Shown piece after piece: positions 56,544 through 64,000 of a DNA stretch of 64,000 nucleotides. Source of the DNA: Dehalococcoidia bacterium (GTDB lineage Bacteria; Chloroflexota; Dehalococcoidia; Bin125); the NCBI GenBank assembly GCA_963555985.3, contig OY820591.1, positions 2,912,001 to 2,976,000 on the forward strand. Direction: 5' to 3'. A program made the translations under genes and the position numbers. The notes under the pieces are model-generated. The model had not been told where the DNA came from. It ran no database searches and was given only the letters and a program-made list of their open reading frames with translations. The stretch's first letter is position 1. The number at the start of each line of letters is the position of its first letter.

Positions 56544-57437
56544 TTAGGTGTAGACGATTTCGCGCTCGTCGCCGGGGCCTCGTTGGCGGGCGAGCCAGCG
56601 GCGGCTGGCGGTGAGCATGGGGCCGGCGTGTTTGGTGGCGGACGCTTCTACGATTGGGCCTACGTCTCGGTAGCCGAGCCTTTGGTAGGCGCGTACGGCC
56701 GGCTCGTTGTTCGGATCGACTGAGAGCACCACGTCGTCGACCTGCTCCAGCAGGGCGGCGGTGACTGCGCTGGTGACCAGGGTGGCGTGTCCTCTGCCGC
56801 GATAGCGCGGGTGGGTGAAGACGTTGCCCAAGATGGCGATTCCGTGTTTGCGGCCGATTGCGTGGGTGCCTGCGATGGCGACCAGGCGCTCGTCGTCGGT
56901 GACGCCCCAGTAGCAGCCGTCTTCGATGTGTTCGCGGCGGTAATAGGTGGGCGAGCCTTCGGAGTTGTAGAGCCGGTTGACGATCTGCACGTGCGCGCCC
57001 AGCAGCGGCGTGGCCTCGCCTCGGGCGGGGCGGAAGGTCTCGGCGGTCACCAGCATCCGCATCATGCGTCTGGGATTTTTGAGCGAATGCACCGCTTCCA
57101 GCGCGGGCAGGTGCTGGGGCTCGCCGATGGCGAAGGTGCGACCGTAGCCGGGGTGCAGCTTCAAGATCGCGGCGATTGCCTCAGCGGGACCGGTGAGCGT
57201 AGTGGCATTGCCCAGGCCGCCGCGCGAATGACAGACGATCGCAGCGCCTTGGGCGGTCTCGGCGGAGTACCATTCCGACTCTTCCCAGGCTCCATCGTCC
57301 AACTGGGCGAGCGCGTAGGCTCCGACCCAGCGGTGGGACTGCAACTGGGCCGCGAGTCCTTCGCGGTCATAGCGCTGGACGATCTCCAGGCGCTCACGAG
57401 TGGCCAGGAACCTCGACGGGCGCAGCGAGAGGGTCAT
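56544..57437 (-). CDS. GNAT (FR47-like) acetyltransferase
   Basis: GNVFTHPRYRGRGHA, NEPAVRAYQRLGY. Confidence 0.9.
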   Translation of the reverse strand: MTLSLRPSRFLATRERLEIVQRYDREGLAAQLQSHRWVGAYALAQLDDGAWEESEWYSAETAQGAAIVCHSRGGLGNATTLTGPAEAIAAILKLHPGYGRTFAIGEPQHLPALEAVHSLKNPRRMMRMLVTAETFRPARGEATPLLGAHVQIVNRLYNSEGSPTYYRREHIEDGCYWGVTDDERLVAIAGTHAIGRKHGIAILGNVFTHPRYRGRGHATLVTSAVTAALLEQVDDVVLSVDPNNEPAVRAYQRLGYRDVGPIVEASATKHAGPMLTASRRWLARQRGPGDEREIVYT

Positions 57438-58354
57438 GTCTGCGCCTCCGCCAGCGTGACCTGAGCCAGACGCCGCTCAACGCCCTCGCAGGTCGCCTGC
57501 AAGACGCCCTCCACGCCGAAGCGCTCGACCGCGAACGAGGCGACGGCGCAACCCCAGCGGGCGGCGTTGACCAGTTCCCAGCCGCGCGCGATCGCGCTCA
57601 GCAGCGCGCCGATGAAGGTATCACCGGCGCCGGTCGGATCGATCACGCGAATCTCCGGCACCGCGCCCACGTGCGCCCGCTGTTCACCCTCGAATACCTC
57701 CACGCCTTGCGAGGCGCGTTTGAGCGCGAAGGCTCGTCCGCCCAGCGCGCGGATCTCGCGCCAGGCGGCTGTCGCCAGTTCGGGGTCGTCCAGATCGCCG
57801 CGCCAGCCGATCAGGTGGGCCGCTTCGAGGGTGTTGATTGAGACCAGGTCGGACTCTCGCAGCAGTTCGCGGAACTCGTCGGTGCGTTCGGCGACTTCAC
57901 GCTCGATCGTGTCGATGGCGACCAGGCGCTTGCCGCGCAGTTGCCGCAGTGCGCGCCGGTTTTGCTCGGGGTTGCCCGCTGTGAGCAGGACGATCGGCAC
58001 GTCTCGCATCGCTTCGTTGACCACGATCGGGTGAGAGTCGTAGACGCCGGCGCGGGTGTAGAGGGTCTCGCGCTGATCGCCTGAGTCGGTGTAGCGGCAA
58101 CCCCAGCGGAAGTTCTCGCCTTCGGTTCGGACTACTCCGTCCAGCGAGATTGCCCGCTCGCGCAACGGATCGAGCAGCTTGGGGTCGAAGTCGTCGCCGA
58201 TCACCGAGATCGGGGCGGCGTGGGCGAGCAGGGAGGCGGCGAGACAGGCATAGATGGCGGAGCCGCCGAGCTGCTGCTCGACGTCTCCGGCGGCGCTGTG
58301 GATTTCGTCCAAGGCGACGGCGCCGACGACGGCGATCTCGACGGCCCGGCTCAT
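57434..58354 (-). CDS. PfkB-family carbohydrate/nucleoside kinase
   Basis: LGGSA, DPTGAGDTF; start MSRAVE at 58354 overlaps the mtnP stop. Confidence 0.92.
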   Translation of the reverse strand: MSRAVEIAVVGAVALDEIHSAAGDVEQQLGGSAIYACLAASLLAHAAPISVIGDDFDPKLLDPLRERAISLDGVVRTEGENFRWGCRYTDSGDQRETLYTRAGVYDSHPIVVNEAMRDVPIVLLTAGNPEQNRRALRQLRGKRLVAIDTIEREVAERTDEFRELLRESDLVSINTLEAAHLIGWRGDLDDPELATAAWREIRALGGRAFALKRASQGVEVFEGEQRAHVGAVPEIRVIDPTGAGDTFIGALLSAIARGWELVNAARWGCAVASFAVERFGVEGVLQATCEGVERRLAQVTLAEAQT

Positions 58355-59232
58355 GGCAGCCGCTGCCCGAGCAGGAGCGCGTAGCGTTCGCGGATTTCGG
58401 CGGGGATGCGTTTGGGGTCGGTCATGATCGCGCCCTCCAGCGCGCCGGCGGCGGTGGATACCCAATCGGAAGGTAGATCGCGGGCGACGGCGGCGACAAT
58501 GCGCTGGGCGGAGGCGACGTTCTGGGCCACGATCGCGGCGACTGCGGCTGCGGTCACGTCCGCTTCCGACTCGTGCCAGACGTCGTAGTCGGTGGCGGTG
58601 GCGAGCATGGCGTAGGCGAGCTCGGCTTCGCGCGCGAGTTTTGCTTCGGGGATCGCGGTCATGCCGATGATCGAGGCACCCAAGGAGCGGTAGAGGTGCG
58701 ACTCGGCGCGCGTGCTGAAGAGCGGGCCCTCCATGGCGATGTAGGCGCCGCCTGCGTGTACCGGCTGGTCGATCTCGTTGGCGGCTGTGACCAGGCGCGC
58801 GCTGAGGTCGGCGCAGAATGGATCGGCGAAGCCCGCGTGCACGACAATGCCGTCGCCGAAGAAGGTGGTCGGTCGTCCGCCGCGGGTGCGGTCGATGATC
58901 TGATCGGGGACGACCATGTGTCCGGGCACGATCTCCTGTCGCAGCGAGCCTACGGCGGAGACTGCGAGGATGCCCTGTACGCCCAGCGCTTTGAGCGCCC
59001 AGATATTGGCCCGCACGGGGATCTCGTGCGGGAGCAGGCGGTGGCCGGCACCGTGCCGGGGTAGGAATGCTATTCGTTTTCCATGCAGCGTGCCGATGAT
59101 GAGTTCGTCGCTGGTGTCGCCGAACGGGGTCTCTGGGGACCAGCGTTCGACGTCCTCCAGGCCGGGCATCCGGTAGAAGCCGGAGCCGCCGATCACGGCG
59201 AGGAATGCGTTTGGGCGTTCGGCGTCGGTCAT
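58351..59232 (-). CDS. mtnP: S-methyl-5'-thioadenosine phosphorylase
   Basis: IGGSG, PRHG, EGPLFSTRAES, GMT..PEAKLARE, TDYD. Confidence 0.95.
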   Translation of the reverse strand: MTDAERPNAFLAVIGGSGFYRMPGLEDVERWSPETPFGDTSDELIIGTLHGKRIAFLPRHGAGHRLLPHEIPVRANIWALKALGVQGILAVSAVGSLRQEIVPGHMVVPDQIIDRTRGGRPTTFFGDGIVVHAGFADPFCADLSARLVTAANEIDQPVHAGGAYIAMEGPLFSTRAESHLYRSLGASIIGMTAIPEAKLAREAELAYAMLATATDYDVWHESEADVTAAAVAAIVAQNVASAQRIVAAVARDLPSDWVSTAAGALEGAIMTDPKRIPAEIRERYALLLGQRLP

Positions 59233-59243
59233 TGGCGTCCTCT

Positions 59244-59774
59244 TCAGTAGATCAAGAGCGATTCGAGCGGGTGCGGGGCGAGGCGCTGGCGGCCTTGCAG
59301 GTCGGCCAGTTCGATCAGCATGGCGATGATGTGGATCTCGGCTCCGCTCTGGGCGATCAGCTGCGCCGCCGCCTCGGCTGTGCCGCCGGTGGCGAGGAGA
59401 TCGTCGACCAGGGCGACACGGTCTCCGGGCTTGAGTGCGTCGGCGTGCATCTCGATTGTGGCTGAGCCGTATTCGAGCTCGTAGGAGCGGGCGATCGTGT
59501 CTGCGGGGAGCTTGCCGGCCTTGCGGATCGGGACGAAGGGGATTCGCAAGCGCTGGGCGGTGGGGGCACCCAGGATGAATCCGCGCGACTCGATTCCCAG
59601 CACTGCGTCCGCGCCCTCGCAGCGTTCGGCCAGCCAGTCCACTGCCAGCCCGAACCCGTTCGGATCGGCGAGCAGGGGGGTGATGTCGCGGAAGAGGATG
59701 CCCGGTTCGGGGAAGTCGGGTACCGCGCGGATGTACTGCGCGATCAGATCGCTCAGCGTGGGCGTGTCGGTCAC
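59244..59774 (-). CDS. apt: Adenine phosphoribosyltransferase
   Basis: PDFPEPGILFRDI, ESRGF, VDDLLATGGT; alternative start 59813. Confidence 0.97.
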   Translation of the reverse strand: MTDTPTLSDLIAQYIRAVPDFPEPGILFRDITPLLADPNGFGLAVDWLAERCEGADAVLGIESRGFILGAPTAQRLRIPFVPIRKAGKLPADTIARSYELEYGSATIEMHADALKPGDRVALVDDLLATGGTAEAAAQLIAQSGAEIHIIAMLIELADLQGRQRLAPHPLESLLIY

Positions 59775-59866
59775 GGGCGCTCCGCTTTCACTCTGGGCGG
59801 CAGACTTGCGCATCAGACTACCAATCCGCTTCGCTGGTACTCTGAGTTGAGGTTGGGAGGAGGACG

Positions 59867-60688
59867 GTGTTGGACGATCCGCTGCGCTGGTCGGGGGACG
59901 ATCAGGAACGCGCGCTTGCCGCGATTGCGCCCTGGTATGAGCTCGATTTCGGCGAGCTCGATGCGGACATCGTGCTCTATCGAGAGTTGACGCCGGTTAC
60001 GGCGCGCATTCTTGAACTTGGGGCCGGGACCGGTCGCGTCGCGGCCCAGATCGCCGATCGCGGCCGGCGCGTGACGGCGGTGGAGTCGTCGCCGGCGATG
60101 CTCCGGGCCGGTTGCGAGCGGATGACCCGCGCCGGCGTAGAGGTCGTGCAGACCGACATGCGCTGTCCGGCGCTTCCCGGAGACGAGCGGTATGACCTGG
60201 TGATCTTCGCGCTTTCGACTTTCCAACATCTGCTGCGGCGGGAGGATCAGCTGGCGGCGCTCCGCTCCGCCGGGGCGCGGCTCGCTGCGGACGGCATTCT
60301 CGCTCTCGATCTGACTGCGCCGCGACCGGACGACGTGGATCCGGCTCCGCAACCGCTGCGACTGGAATGGACTCGCCATGCACCTGACGGCACGATCGTG
60401 ACCAAGCTCGCTACGCAAGAGCTCGCGCTGGAGCGGACCTACGGCGACGCGGTTGACCGCGCCTCGCCGATCGCCTGGCTCACGTACCAGTACGACGCGA
60501 TCGCGCCGGACGGAGTCGTGCGCCGCTCGCTGGCCCGCTTCCCGCTGCGGGTCAGCCTCGGCGCGGGCGAAATCTACGGGTTGCTGCGCGAGGCGGGGCT
60601 TCAGCCGCACAGCTGGTTCGGCTCGTGGGAGCTTGATCCGGTGGGGGCGGGCGATCGTCTGATCGTTTTGGCGGGTCGCGCATCATGA
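59867..60688 (+). CDS. Class I SAM-dependent methyltransferase
   Basis: ILELGAGTGR motif I, TDMR, YDLV. Confidence 0.9.
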   Translation: MLDDPLRWSGDDQERALAAIAPWYELDFGELDADIVLYRELTPVTARILELGAGTGRVAAQIADRGRRVTAVESSPAMLRAGCERMTRAGVEVVQTDMRCPALPGDERYDLVIFALSTFQHLLRREDQLAALRSAGARLAADGILALDLTAPRPDDVDPAPQPLRLEWTRHAPDGTIVTKLATQELALERTYGDAVDRASPIAWLTYQYDAIAPDGVVRRSLARFPLRVSLGAGEIYGLLREAGLQPHSWFGSWELDPVGAGDRLIVLAGRAS

Positions 60689-62007
60689 GGGGCGTGACGC
60701 TCCGAACGACGGCGCTGGCGGCGCTCGTGATCGTCGCGGTCTTGGGCTTGCTCGCGGCTGCCTGCGGTTCCAATCCGAACGAGAACGTCCAGGCCAACGA
60801 GTATTTCCGCCCGGCCTCCGAGCAACAGGAGCAGGCCGCTGCGCAGGCGCAGCAGGGCGAGTCCGAGGCTCAGCAGGAGGAGGCTCAAACTCAGGCTCAG
60901 CAGCAAGCTCAGACTCAAGCGCAGGCGGCACAGGAGCAGGCGGAAGCAAGCGAGCAGACCGAGAGCCAGGCAGCAGCTGAAACCGAGGCGGAAGCGCAGA
61001 GCGAGCAAACGCAGGACGAGGAGCCCCAAGCCGACGCTCCCTCCGAACCGGGGATCGAAACCGCCGACGACATCATCCGCCGCTACACCAATCCCTCCTA
61101 CGGTTACTCGATCCAACTGGTTTGTCCGCCCTTCTGCGACGCCAGCTCGAACGGGATCGACCGCGTCACCTTCCTCTCCGAAACCGGACGCGCCCTGATT
61201 GGCATCAACGCCGTGCTCGATACCGACCAGGATCCCGAAGCGCTGCTCCGCGAGACGCTCAACCTGCCCGAGAACATCCAGATCCTCTCGCGCGAAGCGG
61301 CGATGATGATCACGGGCGAAGCGGCGGAGCGGATCGTCTGGGAAGAAGACCGCCGCGCGACCGGCGGCTTTCTCGTCCGCTGGCAGGCTTACGTGACCGT
61401 GGTCGACGGGATCGCGCTGATCGTTCGCGCGGGCGCGGTGGCCGATGATTACGAGTCGATGGAGCCCTCCTTCGAGCGCGCGCTCTCGACCTTCATCCTG
61501 CCGCTCGAAGTGGAGGCCAAACCCGGCGTCTACGACCGCTTCGGCTTTCTCGTGCGCTACAGCACCGACGATTTCGCTCAGGAATTCGGCCAACCCACGA
61601 TCAATCCACCCAACGAGGACGCCGGCATTTTCGTGCTCCAGACCGAAACGGCGCTCCGCGCCGTGCTGATCTGGCAAGCCCTGGGCCAAGCCTTCTACGA
61701 CGGCGACACCGCTCTGGAGCGCACGCTCAACGAATCCCTCGGCATGTCCGGGCTCTTCGATCTGAGAGACGGCGAGCTGATCGACGGTCAGCCCTCGCGC
61801 ACCGGCTTGATGCAGACGCAGATCGGCGAGGGCACCGTCCAGGTGCGCTCCTACGCCTGGTACTGCGTTGAGGGCGGGCGCGAGTTCGTCCTGCACGTGC
61901 TTGACCCCGAAGACCCCGAAGCGATCGCGCTACCGTTACTGGACAGTTTCCGCTGCAACGCCGAGGCAGCGGAGGACACCGAGGCGACCGACGCTGAGGG
62001 GGAGTAA
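60685..62007 (+). CDS. Lipoprotein with Q/E/A-rich linker and acidic, possibly PsbP-like domains
   Basis: Signal peptide ending LLAAAC; QAQ repeats; YTNPSYGYSI motif. Confidence 0.8.
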   Translation: MRGVTLRTTALAALVIVAVLGLLAAACGSNPNENVQANEYFRPASEQQEQAAAQAQQGESEAQQEEAQTQAQQQAQTQAQAAQEQAEASEQTESQAAAETEAEAQSEQTQDEEPQADAPSEPGIETADDIIRRYTNPSYGYSIQLVCPPFCDASSNGIDRVTFLSETGRALIGINAVLDTDQDPEALLRETLNLPENIQILSREAAMMITGEAAERIVWEEDRRATGGFLVRWQAYVTVVDGIALIVRAGAVADDYESMEPSFERALSTFILPLEVEAKPGVYDRFGFLVRYSTDDFAQEFGQPTINPPNEDAGIFVLQTETALRAVLIWQALGQAFYDGDTALERTLNESLGMSGLFDLRDGELIDGQPSRTGLMQTQIGEGTVQVRSYAWYCVEGGREFVLHVLDPEDPEAIALPLLDSFRCNAEAAEDTEATDAEGE

Positions 62008-62009
62008 GC

Positions 62010-63089
62010 ATGACGCTGCGCAGCGGAGGAACGGTCACCGTCGCTGTCGATGCGATGGGTGGAGACCACGCCCCGGCTGCGATCGTGCGCGGGGCGGTGC
62101 TGGCCGCACGCGATCCCAACGTGGACATCATCCTGGTCGGGCGCGGCAACGAGATTCGCAGTTTGCTCCCGGCCGCGCAACGCAACCTGCGCATCGCCGA
62201 GGCCTCCGAAGCGATCGCGATGGAGGCGCAACCGACCGAAGTCCGGCGCAGGCGCGACTCCTCGATCATGGTCGGGCTCGGCCTGATCGCCGAGGGCGAA
62301 GCGGACGCTTTTCTCTCTTTCGGCAACACCGGCGCGGTGATGGCGGGCGCGCTCTTCCGGCTCGGGCGTGTGCCCGGCGTCGCTCGGCCCGCGCTCGGCG
62401 CGCTCTTCCGCAACGGTCGCGGCACGACCTCGCTGCTGCTCGATGTGGGCGCGAACATCGAGAACCGCCCCCACTATCTCGCCCAGTTCGCGATCATGGG
62501 CCGCGCCTACGTGCAGCGCGTCCTCCGTCACCGCGACCCCAGCGTGGGTCTGCTCAACGTCGGCGAGGAGGACAGCAAAGGCAGCCAACTGCATCAGGAG
62601 GTCTACCGCCTGCTCGAGCGCCAGGAACCTAACTTCGTCGGCAACATCGAGGGCAACCGGCTGATCGCGGGCGACGCCGACGTGATCGTCTCCGACGGTT
62701 TCACCGGCAACGTGGTCGTCAAAGTCTCCGAGGGTCTGGCCGAACAGTTGATGGGCGAGATCAAGCGCAACATCCAGGCCAAGCTGATCCATATGGCGGG
62801 CGCCTGGCTGATGCGCGGCGTCTTTGAGGGTCTGCGCAAGAACTGGGACTACGCCAAGGTCGGTTCGGCACCACTCTTCGGCATTGACGGCGCTGTCCTG
62901 GTCGGACACGGCCGCGCCAACGCCGAGGCCGTCGCCAGCGGCATCCGCGCTGCCCAGGGCGTGGTCGAAGCGGGCGTGGTCGAAGCGATCCGGGAAGCGT
63001 TCGCCGGCGCCGCCCCGCCCGACGACAACGGCGACACCGCATCCGATCACGCCCAGAGCACGCCCGACCGCCGCCCCGAGCGAACCTGA
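62010..63089 (+). CDS. plsX: Phosphate acyltransferase
   Basis: AVDAMGGD, GNTGA, LDVGAN, DGFTGN, HG. Confidence 0.97.
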   Translation: MTLRSGGTVTVAVDAMGGDHAPAAIVRGAVLAARDPNVDIILVGRGNEIRSLLPAAQRNLRIAEASEAIAMEAQPTEVRRRRDSSIMVGLGLIAEGEADAFLSFGNTGAVMAGALFRLGRVPGVARPALGALFRNGRGTTSLLLDVGANIENRPHYLAQFAIMGRAYVQRVLRHRDPSVGLLNVGEEDSKGSQLHQEVYRLLERQEPNFVGNIEGNRLIAGDADVIVSDGFTGNVVVKVSEGLAEQLMGEIKRNIQAKLIHMAGAWLMRGVFEGLRKNWDYAKVGSAPLFGIDGAVLVGHGRANAEAVASGIRAAQGVVEAGVVEAIREAFAGAAPPDDNGDTASDHAQSTPDRRPERT

Positions 63090-63263
63090 CGGAGCCTGCT
63101 TGCCATCCGAACGCTCGCCTGCGTATCGGGCGTGACAATCTCCAACTCCCCGCTGCCATGCTGCGGCGCGCATCGGCTATCATGGGGGCAAGTACTCGCG
63201 CGTGCGCGCGAACCAAAGTTCTAGGACGCACGCATTAGCCCAGCATTCTCTAGGAGGAACAGC

Positions 63264-63590
63264 ATGGCCAAGCCCCAGGAAGTAACCGACGCCAGCTTCC
63301 AGAACGACGTACTCGAGAGCGACCTGCCCGTGCTGGTCGACTTCTGGGCTCCCTGGTGCGGACCCTGCCGCATGGTCGCCCCGGTCGTTGACGAACTCTC
63401 CGACGAGTACGACGGCAAAGTCGCCTTCTACAAGCTCAACACCGACGAGAACCCCGGCATCGCCACCACCTACGGGATTCGCAGCATCCCCACTCTGCTC
63501 GTCTTCAAGGAAGGCGATGTGGTTGGCCAGATCGTCGGTTTCCGGCCCAAGAAGGACCTCGCCAAGCGCCTCGACGAAGCGCTCGTCTAA
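63264..63590 (+). CDS. trxA: Thioredoxin
   Basis: WAPWCGPC, SIPTL; AGGAGG RBS. Confidence 0.98.
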   Translation: MAKPQEVTDASFQNDVLESDLPVLVDFWAPWCGPCRMVAPVVDELSDEYDGKVAFYKLNTDENPGIATTYGIRSIPTLLVFKEGDVVGQIVGFRPKKDLAKRLDEALV

Positions 63591-63616
63591 ACCACCACCC
63601 GCACACCTCCACTTGC

Positions 63617-63657
63617 CCTTATCCCCTCTCCCTGTGGGAGAGGGCTGGGGCGAGGGC
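63617..63657. repeat. REP-like palindrome between convergent genes
   Basis: ccctctccc-tgt-gggagaggg. Confidence 0.7.
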
Positions 63658-63667
63658 CGACCGCTTG

Positions 63668-64000
63668 CTAGGCAGGGGTCACTTCGAGTCTGCGACCGAC
63701 GGCCTGCAGGGCGGCATCGAGTTGATCGAGGCGTGAAGAGCGCTGGAGGTCGAGCAAGCGATCGACCTGGCGCAGACGGCAGCCGAGGCGGCGAGCTAAT
63801 TCGGCGCGGCCAACGCCTTGCTCCCTCATGCTCTGGTAGAGGATCGTCTTAATCGCGGTCAACGCCGGGAGTGTGGCACAAGTCCGGCCAGCCGAAGGTG
63901 CGGGAACGTCTTTGCGCTCCGAAATGCGGGCGGCGATCGCTTCCTCGAGCGCGTCAACGGCGCGAGCGAGGGCCTCGTCGCGGTCCTCGCCAAAAGTGAT
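63668..64000 (-). CDS. hicB: HicB-family antitoxin with C-terminal HTH (5' end outside window)
   Basis: Frame open to window edge: ITFGEDRDEALARAVDALEEAI..DVPAPS..AELARRLG..QVDRLLD. Confidence 0.85.
   Translation of the reverse strand: MTFGEDRDEALARAVDALEEAIAARISERKDVPAPSAGRTCATLPALTAIKTILYQSMREQGVGRAELARRLGCRLRQVDRLLDLQRSSRLDQLDAALQAVGRRLEVTPA

Overview
GC-rich bacterial core-genome window. Gene content and order suggest Chloroflexota, probably Dehalococcoidia-like (inference). In order: pdxST, a Ycf45-like AAA/R3H protein, tmk-thrB-lysC, dnaE, rplI-dnaB-dnaD-like-dnaC-like, moaDE, comF, glyA, rpsF-ssb-rpsR-hom-(coiled coil)-thrC-folE-GNAT-mshA-like-PIG-L-ccsA, the str/S10/spc/alpha ribosomal superoperon, truA-rplM-rpsI, a minus-strand SAM/purine-salvage cluster, plsX, trxA and a partial hicB. 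No rRNA, tRNA, CRISPR array or transposase was recognised. Unusual points: (1) SecY has a ~140-aa acidic insertion in an external loop that resembles a flagellin/FliD hook-IN module. (2) Three intergenic islands each carry an oriented cassette with an SOS-box-like motif exactly 3 nt before a -10 box and a short orphan ORF; two also carry 10-bp periodic repeats. The islands sit at apparent peaks of a strand-specific C/A versus G/T skew that extends into neighbouring genes. (3) MITEs insert into REP hairpin loops, and one sits in the CTAG shared by the rpsI and metK stop codons. (4) rpsN and rpmJ are missing from their usual positions and S18 lacks cysteines. (5) A possible non-canonical mycothiol-like pathway. 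(6) A candidate structured RNA between dnaE and rplI. All sequence comparisons were made by eye.
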